Shown here: positions 19,701 to 28,358 of the stretch, piece after piece
Position numbering within the stretch: position 1 is the first letter of the stretch
How the letters are laid out: each line of letters starts with the position of its first letter
From: Bacteroidales bacterium
GTDB taxonomy: Bacteria > Bacteroidota > Bacteroidia > Bacteroidales > WCHB1-69
Assembly (NCBI GenBank): GCA_017544105.1
Contig: JAFYEU010000031.1
Location: 1-51,206 of the forward strand
Length of the DNA stretch: 51,206 bases
Direction: 5' to 3'
Made by a program: the position numbers and the translations under genes
Notes under the pieces: model-generated
What the model saw: the letters and a program-made list of their open reading frames with translations, nothing else
What the model was told of the DNA's origin: nothing
Databases searched by the model: none

Positions 19701-20565
19701 TGAGAAACGTAATCAGATCCAAGCTTACCGCTTCTCCGGTGCTTATCCGAACACCTATTATTCTTATCAGAACATTGACTTCGGTACGGTTCAAGGTTTC
19801 ACCTTCTCTTACAGAATGAACAGAACGAAGAATCTGACCCTTTCTGCTAACTACACGTTGCAGTTTGCCAAAGGTACGGGTTCCGGTAGTACTTCTCAGT
19901 TGAACATTCTGGCCGCTGGTCAGCCTAACTTGAGAACCCTGACGAACCTCTCCTTCGACCAAAGACACAGAATTGGTGTGAACTTGGACTATCGTTTCGA
20001 CGCCGGTACTGCTTATGACGGCCCGAAAGGCAAGAAGACCATCATGGGTGCCGATGGCACTCCGACCACCAAAGAGATCCAATGGTTGGCCAACACCGGT
20101 TTCTCCTTGCTCTTCACCGCTGCTTCCGGTACTCCTTACACACGTTCCAGCACTCCGTACTCCACGATCGTAGGCGGTACTTCTTCCCGCCTCGCCGGTA
20201 CTATCAACGGTTCCAACACGCCGTGGCAGTTCCAGGCTGACTTCCGTATCGACAAGACCTTCATGTTCACCTTCAACAAGAACGCCAAGGATGCCGATGG
20301 CAATGCCAAGAAGACGAAACCTGGTTACCTGACTATCTACGTGGATATCCAGAACCTCTTCAACTTCAAGAACGTGATTTCCGTGTATGACTACACCGGC
20401 AACCCGGATGATGATGGATACCTCTCTGCCGCTGAATATCAGCAGGCTATTAACAGCCAGGTATATGTTGACTCCTATATCAACTACTACTTGATGCGTG
20501 TTAAGAATCCATACAACTATAGCCGTCCTATCCGTGCAAGTTTAGGTATTCAATTTTCTTTCTAA
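16771..20565 (+). CDS. Large TonB-dependent receptor-like OM protein with N-terminal carboxypeptidase-regulatory-like domain
   Basis: Signal peptide; TIKGVVKDQTGEPLAY...TDEKGEY N-domain; plug SVRGNRSDGQKTIVDG...IQGGIPAEYGD; barrel motifs FYLQDKF, NIGLRVDRFD, MPRISFSF, NPNMKPQQSIDYEIG, NLFN; C-terminal LGIQFSF. Confidence 0.88.
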   Translation: MIKKLLLTLGVILLFTTMAFSQTSTIKGVVKDQTGEPLAYTYVYLMTGDKNVNYSMTDEKGEYQIFGVEVGTYDMLADAEMTCKKKQKIANVQVPSGQVVFIDFSIDCAGELDIVDIVYEPQVFDVGSTSSSTRITGENLRTTPGRSVTGALSALEGVTGIDGSMSSVRGNRSDGQKTIVDGVTIRGSSSVSMSSIEEAQLIQGGIPAEYGDGTSFTVITTKSAPRDFHGSLELRGSIDGYNNFLGAVSLSGPILKGKKKTDPARIGFLFSGEVSYDHDASPARGGTWMANDDVIEYLIQNPLRYSNTEYGAQYQEACYLTSESFHKERVRKNAGTWDYLGQLKFDFMLGKTHNMKLSLGGSYEYAKGKSWSTTQALFNNANNPTSEQSTMRFNARLNHRAFTDTSTTAVLKNIMYDINVNYTRINGRSYATEHKDRLFEYGYIGKFETQKTRSYTFVDELTLPGDSLTGPIDLYDVYEFNGWYDSVVTFSVNPNFNVNPILSQYTLNFVNQFPVEDIYRNFYEGFPYDLTLYQTFGALRNGDQPSSVYSMYQSPGVVYNGYSKSQTEQFGVKASISMALKNHELKFGYDFEKLTYRGYGIGPVGLWTLMRNEANYHISELDKDNPIIWNNGESFYVDYNRLVSLNDQTAFDRNLRTSLGLNPDGDDWLDIDSYDPNVFSVDMFSAEELLLGTSSGESPMVSYYGYDYTGKINKKKTTIDDFFNGIGSDGEKTYSIGAYEPVYMAFYLQDKFSIRSLLFNIGLRVDRFDANQSVLKDPYLFREAYTVKDIRNLNSNINFVGNAEDNWVVYYQGSDTYMSEADIQGDVFNSSSIIGYRNGDTWYNAAGQEVTDPEAQLSLYVNGPILKNEIDLINSITKVESSAFTDYKAQWSVMPRISFSFNVNDNSLFYAHYNIITSRPTNLQISPVDYLFISKRNSASDIISNPNMKPQQSIDYEIGFRQKVGNKSAIGISAYYSEKRNQIQAYRFSGAYPNTYYSYQNIDFGTVQGFTFSYRMNRTKNLTLSANYTLQFAKGTGSGSTSQLNILAAGQPNLRTLTNLSFDQRHRIGVNLDYRFDAGTAYDGPKGKKTIMGADGTPTTKEIQWLANTGFSLLFTAASGTPYTRSSTPYSTIVGGTSSRLAGTINGSNTPWQFQADFRIDKTFMFTFNKNAKDADGNAKKTKPGYLTIYVDIQNLFNFKNVISVYDYTGNPDDDGYLSAAEYQQAINSQVYVDSYINYYLMRVKNPYNYSRPIRASLGIQFSF

Positions 20566-20591
20566 CATCATAAGAAATAAATATAGCAACA

Positions 20592-23500
20592 ATGAAAAAT
20601 ATAATCAAAGTTCTCAGTTTGACACTCCTTCTGGTTTGTATGGTGTTTAACACCATGCAGGCTGAGAAATACAAAGGAGACACAAGGAAATCTTCTGCAC
20701 CCAAGGACGAGTCAGCTACCTGTCTTCCGGCTAGTAGCTCCAACGAACTTACGGTGAACAACGTACGTGCGTACATTGAGACCGGCGGTACCATGTGGTT
20801 TAAAGAGACTGCTGAATATGAGGTTCCTATCGGATCTGGTAAGACCTCCATGTTCTCAGCCGGTCTGTGGATTGGTGGTTATGATGTCAATGGTATGTTG
20901 AAGTTGGCCGCCGTCCGTTTCAGACAAGTCGGTGACGACTATTGGCCCGGCCCCTTGAAAATTACAGGTGCCAGTACCACACAGTCTGAATGTCTTAAAT
21001 TTGACAAGCACTTCAGAATCACTCGTGCCGAGGTTGACCAGCATATTAGCGGTTATAATACCTCCGGTTATGTGATGCCTGCTGACATTGCCAACTATCC
21101 TGCTCATGGCGACGAGGGTTATTCATACTATCTCGCCCCCTTTAAGGATGTGAACGAAAATGGCGAGTACGATCCTGAAAATGGTGACTATCCGTACTAT
21201 GATGTCAACAATGACCTCTGCCCCTGGACCGAGGATAACCTTGCCCTCGCTGCCCAGCACGCTCTTCCCAGAACTCCTGAAGATTTGATGTATTATGGTC
21301 CCGATTGGCACAACTCCAACGGTATGATCTATGCCGACCATGTGCTCAAAGGCGATGAGACCCTCTACTGGATTTTCAACGATAACGCCGGCCCTCACAC
21401 CGAGTCCCAAGGTGCTCCCATCGGTCTGGAAATCCGTGGCCAGTGCTTCGGCTTCTCCACCAACGATGATTTGAACAACATGACGTTCTATTCCTATGAG
21501 ATTATCAACCGTTCTACCTATACCCTGACCAACACCTTCTTCTCCCAGTGGGTTGACCCTGATTTGGGTTATGCTAACGATGACTATATCGGTTGCGATG
21601 TGGGTCGTGGTTTGGGCTACTGCTACAATGGTTCCAACGTGGATGGTACCGGCCAAATCTGGGCTTATGGTGACCAACCCCCTGCGGTAGGTGTGGACTT
21701 CTTCCAAGGTCCCTACATGGATCCCGATAACCGTGACAACCCCAAATTCCATGCTGACAGCGCCCAATACGCTGGCTATTGCGACAAGTTCCTCAAGAGC
21801 CAGTATGAATTGGACCAGATGGCTATCAATGGCGTGAACTTCGGCGATAGCATTATCGATAACGAGCGTTTCGGTATGAGAAGATTCGTTTATCATGATA
21901 ACTCTGACGCTTACAATGGTGACCCGAGAGTGGCTTTCGAGTATTACAACTATTTGAGAGGTATCTGGCGTGATAACACTAAGATGCGTTACGGCGGCAA
22001 CGCTCACCAATCCACTGGTGGTAACGGTCCTGAGTGCGACTTCATGTTCCCTGCTCTCACCGACGTTTGTAACTGGGGTACCCAAGGCGTGGATCCTAAT
22101 CCCACCCAATACGGTGCTGAAGGCTGGACCGAAGCTAACGTGAACAACCAACCTTATGACCGTCGTTTCCTCGAGTCTGCTGGTCCGTTCACCTTGAAAC
22201 CTGGTGCCGTTAACTACATTACCGTTGGTATTCCTTGGGCACGTGCTACCCAAGGCGGTGCATGGGCTTCTGTGGAACTCCTGAAGGTGGCCGATGACAA
22301 GTGCCAATCCCTCTTCGAGAACTGCTTCAAGACCCTGGATGGTCCCGATGCTCCTGATGTCACGATCCGCGAGCTCGAGAATGAGTTGATCATCTACCTC
22401 TCCAATGATGACAAGAACAGCAACAACTATCACGAGACCTATGAGGAGCTTGATCCGCAAATCCAGAAGACGATCGAGACTATCACTTTGGTTGAGGCCC
22501 TCGACTCTATTCAAACTTATACATCTAATGGCGAAGACACGACCATTTATTTCACCACTTCTCACAATGAAACTAGAATCGACACCCTCTCCCAAGAGGA
22601 TCGTTCCTATAAGTTTGAAGGTTATCAAATCTATCAATTGTCCTCCGCTTCTGTCAGCGTTACCGACCTCGGCGATGCCAGCAAGGCTATCCTGATTGCC
22701 CAATGCGACATCAAGAACGGTGCTGGACAACTTGTCAACTGGATTTACAACGACGCTATCGGAAGCTCCGTTGCTACCGAGATGGTGAACGGCGGCGATG
22801 AAGGTATCTCTCACTCTTTCCGTGTGACGGAAGACAAGTTTGCCACGGGTACCAATAAGAACCTGGTGAACCACAAAGAGTACTACTTCCTCGTCTTGGC
22901 ATACGGTTACAACCAGTACAAAGAATTCAGCATGGATGCCGATCACTTGGACGGTCAAATGACTCCGTATCTTGCCGGTCGTCGTAACATCCATACCTAC
23001 ACGGCTATTCCTCACAAACCGGTTGAGCAACTTCTCAATGCCAACTATGGCGACCAGCCTATGATCACCCGTATTGAGGGTCAGGGCAACGGCGGTTTCT
23101 TCTTGGATCTGACCGATGAGTCTGTGGAGAAGATTCTGGCTAACAACGTTTACAATGAGGTACAATATAAGAATAACTATGGTCCTCTGAACATTAAGGT
23201 CGTGGATCCGTTGAAGGTGAAACCTTTTGACTACACGATTAAGTTGTTACCGAACGAGACTTCCAATGACGTGAATGACGATACTGAATGGCAACTGATC
23301 ATCTCTGACGAAGTTTCTGATGAAGAGTTGGCTGAAATGGGTCTCGAAAGAGTGACTACCGCTGCCATGCCAATCAGTATGACCAACGAAGAGCTCTTCT
23401 TGGATCTGGGTATCTCCATCGCCATTATCAATGACAACTTCAAGATTTATCAGAAAGATTTGGATGATTATGTGAAGGGTCTGCCCGCAGGCTATTCCTA

Positions 23501-25298
23501 TGCTAACCTCTCCAAATATGCTCAGGTGGATGCCGTTGGTTCATCTATCGAATATGATGGTGACGATGTATGGCTCTCCGGTGTTGCTGACATGGAAGGT
23601 GACTATCCTGCCAACTGGATTCACGCCGGACAGCAAGCTTCCGCTGCTTGGCATGATGCTCCTCCCACACAGGAAGGTGCCGAGGCTAACTATATGAAAT
23701 GGCGTTCTGAAGACTTTTTCATTGTCATGCCACAAGGTACCTTGAACGAAAATTGGAAAACCAGAGGATTCTCTGATCCTAACCAGCAATTCGAGAGTAT
23801 GGTGAATGGATTATGGTCTCCGTATGTGCTGTCATCCCCGTATGATGGCGGTCCTAAGGCTAAATACTTCCAAGCTGATGACCAATATATCGAAGATAAG
23901 AATGGTCCTGCTAACGCTGCTTTCGTATTCCAGGATATTGCCACAACCCCTGCCAATCCTGGTTACAATCAGACCTTGACCAACCTCTATTCTGTTGATA
24001 TCGTCCTCACTCCTGATACTAACCTCTGGTCCAGAGCTTTGGTACTTGAGTCTGGTAGTAGCGCTTCTGCCGACAACTACTATGTGGATCAACATTTCAA
24101 CGGTCAGACCTACAAGAACCTGCGTCATGAACCCAAGAAAGCTCCTTCTGTGGATAAGAATGGTAATCCTGACAATTCCGGCACTACTGGTTTCGGTTGG
24201 TTCCCGGGTTATGCCATCAACGTGGAGACGGGCGAGCGCTTGAACATCATGTTCGCTGAAAACTCCAATGATGAGTTGAACAATGGTAATGATATGCTCT
24301 TCAACCCGACCAACGTCTATGCCTATTACAAGAACCCGCAAACGGGTGAGTTGATCTTGGACGAGGTGACGGGTGAGCCTATCGCTATGGGCATTACGGC
24401 ATACAATAACTATCGTGAAGTCTATAGTGTTACCTTCGGTGAGCCTTTGAATGGCGGTCGTCACTATGTCTATGTTTGCAGCAGTTCCGGTAATACTTGT
24501 AGTATGTTCTACAGAAACTCTGCCAGACAGCGTAACTACAATGACAACGAGACTACTACTACCTCCAACAGCATTTCTCACGGTGGTTCCTTCGAGTACA
24601 ATGGTAGATACTATCCTTGGTACGAGTGCGGTGCTTACGATGGTTGCGAATGGCTGAACGCCAAGTTCAATCAGGTGAATAATTCCAGCTCGAATCTTAC
24701 CAACAGAGGTCGTCAGCAGCTCAAGATGCAGTTGTTCAACAACGTGATGTGGACCAGCATTCCAATGCCGGCCATGAATCAGGAGAGCAAATGGATGGCT
24801 TGCGATGCCAAGATCAAACTGCGTGTTTCCCGTCCGTACATGAGATATTCTTCCCGTTGGTACAATGATCCGGCTACGGCTCCTTATGCAAGCCAGAACG
24901 GCGGTTACCCGATGTACACCTTCACCACGAAGAACATCGCTCCTACCAAGATCGAGACTTCTGAAGAATTCCAGACTGTATTGGATGAGATCAACATTGT
25001 TCCCAACCCGTACTATGGATTCTCCAACTATGAGTCCACTGCTCTGGAGACCTACGTTCGCATAGTGAACCTCCCGGCCAAGTGTACTATCTCCATCTAC
25101 ACCGTTAACGGTACTCTGATTAGAACCCTTACGAAAGGTGATGCTTCAACTTCATTTGTTCAGTGGGATCTGAAGAACCATGCCAACATTCCGATCGCCA
25201 GCGGCGTGTATATCATCCACGTGAAGGCCGACGGTATTGGTGAGCGTACGCTCAAGTTCTTCTGCACGATGCGTCCTACCGACTTGAATGGTTTCTAA
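20592..25298 (+). CDS. Large secreted protein with T9SS type-A-like C-terminal domain, function unknown
   Basis: Signal peptide; Asn/Gly/Tyr/Asp-rich beta-type body; FN3-like segment (GPDAPDVTIRELENELIIYL...FEGYQIYQ...YYFLVLAY); CTD INIVPNPY...ISIYTVNGTLIRTL...WDLKN..ASGVYIIHV...TLKF. Confidence 0.85.
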   Translation: MKNIIKVLSLTLLLVCMVFNTMQAEKYKGDTRKSSAPKDESATCLPASSSNELTVNNVRAYIETGGTMWFKETAEYEVPIGSGKTSMFSAGLWIGGYDVNGMLKLAAVRFRQVGDDYWPGPLKITGASTTQSECLKFDKHFRITRAEVDQHISGYNTSGYVMPADIANYPAHGDEGYSYYLAPFKDVNENGEYDPENGDYPYYDVNNDLCPWTEDNLALAAQHALPRTPEDLMYYGPDWHNSNGMIYADHVLKGDETLYWIFNDNAGPHTESQGAPIGLEIRGQCFGFSTNDDLNNMTFYSYEIINRSTYTLTNTFFSQWVDPDLGYANDDYIGCDVGRGLGYCYNGSNVDGTGQIWAYGDQPPAVGVDFFQGPYMDPDNRDNPKFHADSAQYAGYCDKFLKSQYELDQMAINGVNFGDSIIDNERFGMRRFVYHDNSDAYNGDPRVAFEYYNYLRGIWRDNTKMRYGGNAHQSTGGNGPECDFMFPALTDVCNWGTQGVDPNPTQYGAEGWTEANVNNQPYDRRFLESAGPFTLKPGAVNYITVGIPWARATQGGAWASVELLKVADDKCQSLFENCFKTLDGPDAPDVTIRELENELIIYLSNDDKNSNNYHETYEELDPQIQKTIETITLVEALDSIQTYTSNGEDTTIYFTTSHNETRIDTLSQEDRSYKFEGYQIYQLSSASVSVTDLGDASKAILIAQCDIKNGAGQLVNWIYNDAIGSSVATEMVNGGDEGISHSFRVTEDKFATGTNKNLVNHKEYYFLVLAYGYNQYKEFSMDADHLDGQMTPYLAGRRNIHTYTAIPHKPVEQLLNANYGDQPMITRIEGQGNGGFFLDLTDESVEKILANNVYNEVQYKNNYGPLNIKVVDPLKVKPFDYTIKLLPNETSNDVNDDTEWQLIISDEVSDEELAEMGLERVTTAAMPISMTNEELFLDLGISIAIINDNFKIYQKDLDDYVKGLPAGYSYANLSKYAQVDAVGSSIEYDGDDVWLSGVADMEGDYPANWIHAGQQASAAWHDAPPTQEGAEANYMKWRSEDFFIVMPQGTLNENWKTRGFSDPNQQFESMVNGLWSPYVLSSPYDGGPKAKYFQADDQYIEDKNGPANAAFVFQDIATTPANPGYNQTLTNLYSVDIVLTPDTNLWSRALVLESGSSASADNYYVDQHFNGQTYKNLRHEPKKAPSVDKNGNPDNSGTTGFGWFPGYAINVETGERLNIMFAENSNDELNNGNDMLFNPTNVYAYYKNPQTGELILDEVTGEPIAMGITAYNNYREVYSVTFGEPLNGGRHYVYVCSSSGNTCSMFYRNSARQRNYNDNETTTTSNSISHGGSFEYNGRYYPWYECGAYDGCEWLNAKFNQVNNSSSNLTNRGRQQLKMQLFNNVMWTSIPMPAMNQESKWMACDAKIKLRVSRPYMRYSSRWYNDPATAPYASQNGGYPMYTFTTKNIAPTKIETSEEFQTVLDEINIVPNPYYGFSNYESTALETYVRIVNLPAKCTISIYTVNGTLIRTLTKGDASTSFVQWDLKNHANIPIASGVYIIHVKADGIGERTLKFFCTMRPTDLNGF

Positions 25299-25328
25299 AA
25301 TTATTAATACCGTAAAACTGTCAAGAAT

Positions 25329-26513
25329 ATGAAAAACTTATATAAATCATTAATAATTTGCACATTAGTTGCTCTTATATCTGTCAGTACGTCCTATAAC
25401 GTACTGGCAGGTAACAGAGACCGTTCCGGCCAGGCTGGCGCTTCCCATCTTATGATTGACCCGTGGGCTCACACCAGTGGCTTTGCCAATGCAGGTGTGG
25501 CCGAGATCCGCGGTCTTGAATCCGTCTATTCTAATGTTGCCGGCCTCTCTTTCGTCAAGAAAACGGAGTTTGCCTTCAACCGTACCCAATATCTCGTTGG
25601 TTCCAACTGCGGTATCAACATCAATGCCATGGCATTTGCCCAACACCTGGGCCGTGCCAAAGATTTTGGTACGATAGGTCTCTCTTTCTTCTCTATGGGT
25701 TTTGGTGATATCGAGCGTACGACCGTCGGTCAGCCTGAAGGTGGTCTGGGTACTTTCAGTCCTAGCCTTACCTATATCGGTATCCACTATGCCAAGAAGT
25801 TCAACCACTTCATCCAAGGTGGTGCTACGGTCAAGATTATCAATGAAAGCATTTCCGATGCTCATGCCATGGGCTTCGCCATCGATGCCGGTATCCAATA
25901 TACGGCTGGTGCTTTCGATAACTTCAGAATTGGTGTCACCTTGAAGAACATCGGTCTCCCCATGAGCTATAAGGGTGACGGTCTTGCTGCCAGAGGTGTA
26001 GCAGTAGGTACAAGCTTTGAGCAGACCCTCCAATCCCGTTCTGCTGAATTCGAAATGCCTTCCCTGTTGACGGTGGGTGTTTCCTATGACTTCCTCTTCT
26101 TCGGAGGCGAGTATGCAGAGATGTCCAAGGATGACAGAAAAGAGATGGGTCTCACCCGTGACGAGGCTATGCACAGAATCACCCTGATGGGTGCTTTCAC
26201 CGCCAACTCTTATTCTCGCGATATCTTTGCCGTAGGTCTTGAATACGCTTTCATGAATTACTTCATGGTTCGTGGTGGCTATTCTCTGGAAAGCTTCACC
26301 AAGAAGACCTCTACCGATTATACTACTAATGAGGTGGTCTCCACGATTCTCGTCAATGGTGACTCCTTCTTCTTGGGACCTTCTGTCGGTGCTACCGCAG
26401 TTATTCCTTTGAAGAAAGGCAACACCGGCGCCAGAATCTATCTCGACTACGCCTACCGCTTCACCAGCAAATGGCGTGGCAACCACTTGATGGGTATCAA
26501 GATTACTTTGTAA
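25329..26513 (+). CDS. PorV/PorQ-family (FadL-like) outer-membrane barrel
   Basis: GASHLMIDPWAHTSGFANAGVA...SVYSNVAGL resembles the PorV N-terminal motif; GATVKII, FAIDAG, IGVTLKNIG, VGLEY, VRGGY, LDYAY strands. Confidence 0.82.
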   Translation: MKNLYKSLIICTLVALISVSTSYNVLAGNRDRSGQAGASHLMIDPWAHTSGFANAGVAEIRGLESVYSNVAGLSFVKKTEFAFNRTQYLVGSNCGININAMAFAQHLGRAKDFGTIGLSFFSMGFGDIERTTVGQPEGGLGTFSPSLTYIGIHYAKKFNHFIQGGATVKIINESISDAHAMGFAIDAGIQYTAGAFDNFRIGVTLKNIGLPMSYKGDGLAARGVAVGTSFEQTLQSRSAEFEMPSLLTVGVSYDFLFFGGEYAEMSKDDRKEMGLTRDEAMHRITLMGAFTANSYSRDIFAVGLEYAFMNYFMVRGGYSLESFTKKTSTDYTTNEVVSTILVNGDSFFLGPSVGATAVIPLKKGNTGARIYLDYAYRFTSKWRGNHLMGIKITL

Positions 26514-26538
26514 AACCAATTATTCTTTTATATCAAAA

Positions 26539-26568
26539 AAAGAAGAGGCTGTAAAAGGCCTCTTCTTT
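26539..26568 (+). terminator. Rho-independent terminator closing the TBDR-cargo-PorV operon
   Basis: aaagaagaggc-tgtaaaag-gcctcttcttt: 11-bp perfect stem with A-rich 5' and T-rich 3' flanks. Confidence 0.8.
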
Positions 26569-26588
26569 GTGTAATATTAATTCAAAAA

Positions 26589-27062
26589 ATGGAAGACATT
26601 AAATACTATACTCAAGAAGGCTTGGATGCTTTGAAACAAGAACTCGTTCAACTCGAATCCGTTGAGCGGCCTAGAATTTCACAGGCCATCGCTGAGGCCC
26701 GCGACAAGGGCGATCTCTCTGAGAACGCCGAATATGATGCAGCAAAAGAGGCTCAAGGTCTGCTCGAACTCAAAATAGCCAACCTCCGGAACCTTATCGC
26801 GAAAGCCCGTATCATCGATGAGTCCAAAATCGACATCAGCAAGGTGCTGATTTACTCTATTGTGACGGTACGGAACGTGAAGACTAAGGCGCAGATGACC
26901 TATACCATCGTGCCGGAGTCTGAATCCGATCTCAAGGCTGGAAAGATCTCCGTATCCAGTCCGCTGGCAAAAGCCCTGATCGGCAATGCCAAGGGCGATG
27001 TTGTCACCATGCAGGCCCCCGCAGGCGCCATGGATTTTGAAATTTTAGATGTTTCCCGTTAA
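26589..27062 (+). CDS. greA: Transcription elongation factor GreA
   Basis: EARDKGDLSENAEYDAAKE; GKISVSSPLAKALIG. Confidence 0.96.
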   Translation: MEDIKYYTQEGLDALKQELVQLESVERPRISQAIAEARDKGDLSENAEYDAAKEAQGLLELKIANLRNLIAKARIIDESKIDISKVLIYSIVTVRNVKTKAQMTYTIVPESESDLKAGKISVSSPLAKALIGNAKGDVVTMQAPAGAMDFEILDVSR

Positions 27063-27079
27063 TTATAATTCCTTCAAAG

Positions 27080-27481
27080 ATGGAAGAGACTATTTTCACT
27101 AAGATCGTCAAAGGGGAAATCCCCTGTTACAAAATCGCAGAAGATGAGCATTTCTTCGCTTTTTTGGATATCTCCCCGATTGCCAAAGGCCATACGCTGG
27201 TCATCACTAAACTCCAGAACGATTACATCTTTGACCTGCCCGACGACCTGCTCGGCAAGATGATGGTGTTCGCCAAGAAGGTTGCCCGCGGCATCGAGAA
27301 GGCCATCCCCTGCAAGAGGATCGGTGTTGCCGTGATCGGCATCGACGTGCCCCACAACCATATCCATCTGGTTCCCATCAATGGCGTTGGTGACCTCGAC
27401 TTCAAGGGGGAGCGTGTGCAGCTGACGAAAGAGGAGTTTGCCGATATTGCCCAGAAGATCTCCGCTTCAATAGAATTTTAA
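27080..27481 (+). CDS. HIT family nucleotide hydrolase
   Basis: IFTKIVKGEIP, AFLDISP..KGHTLV, VPHNHIHLVP (HxHxH). Confidence 0.92.
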   Translation: MEETIFTKIVKGEIPCYKIAEDEHFFAFLDISPIAKGHTLVITKLQNDYIFDLPDDLLGKMMVFAKKVARGIEKAIPCKRIGVAVIGIDVPHNHIHLVPINGVGDLDFKGERVQLTKEEFADIAQKISASIEF

Positions 27482-27500
27482 CATTCAACATATCAACATT

Positions 27501-28343
27501 ATGGAAATTAAAGAATTAGAATCCATTGCGGCTCAAGTCCGCAGAGATATCATCCGGATGGTACATGGTGCCCAGTCCGGTCACCCGGGCGGCTCATTAG
27601 GCTGTGCAGACTTTATGACTGCGCTCTATTTTGAGATCATGAACATCCATCCCGAAGCATTTGCCCAAGACGGTGCTGGCGAGGACATGTTCTTCCTCTC
27701 CAACGGCCATATTTCACCCCTCTTGTATAGCGTGATGGCTCGCAGGGGATACTTCCCGGTTTCAGAGCTCTCCACCTTCCGCAAGCTGCACACCCGCCTT
27801 CAAGGCCATCCCACGCCCGTGGAGGGCCTTCCCGGTGTCCGTGTGGCTTCCGGCTCCCTAGGACAGGGCGTTTCCGTGGCCATCGGCGCTGCTCTGGCCA
27901 AAAAGGCTAACCAAGACCCTAACCTGGTCTTCGCGCTCACCGGCGACGGCGAATTGGAAGAGGGCCAGATGTGGGAAGCCTTCATGTTCGCCCCGAACAA
28001 CAAAGTGGATAACCTCATCGTCACAATCGATTATAACGGCAAGCAAATCGACGGTCCTGTGGACTCTGTCAACAGCCTCGGCAACCTGCGTGCCAAACTG
28101 GAGTCCTTCAACTGGCTGGTGCTGGATATGAATGGTAACGACATGAAGTCCTGTGTGATGACGCTGAAGCTGGCCAAGAAGCTAGCCCGCAAAGGGAAAT
28201 CCATCGCTATCATCATGAAGACCGAGATGGGACAAGGAGTTGACTTTATGATGGGCACTCACAAATGGCACGGCACCCCGCCCAACGATGAGCAGGCTGC
28301 CGCCGCTCTCGCCCAGCTCCCTGTGACGCTCGGAGATTACTAA
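27501..28343 (+). CDS. Transketolase, N-terminal (TPP-binding) subunit
   Basis: SGHPGGSL, LSNGH, LQGHP, GSLGQG, GDGELEEG...N; 280 aa. Confidence 0.9.
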   Translation: MEIKELESIAAQVRRDIIRMVHGAQSGHPGGSLGCADFMTALYFEIMNIHPEAFAQDGAGEDMFFLSNGHISPLLYSVMARRGYFPVSELSTFRKLHTRLQGHPTPVEGLPGVRVASGSLGQGVSVAIGAALAKKANQDPNLVFALTGDGELEEGQMWEAFMFAPNNKVDNLIVTIDYNGKQIDGPVDSVNSLGNLRAKLESFNWLVLDMNGNDMKSCVMTLKLAKKLARKGKSIAIIMKTEMGQGVDFMMGTHKWHGTPPNDEQAAAALAQLPVTLGDY

Positions 28344-28358
28344 TCTAATGGTCCGACT

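Noticed and set aside
17158-26519. Long antisense ORFs (974, 680, 249 and 384 aa) opposite the triad
   Set aside because: In-register shadows of codon-biased sense genes; the translations have no protein-like motifs.
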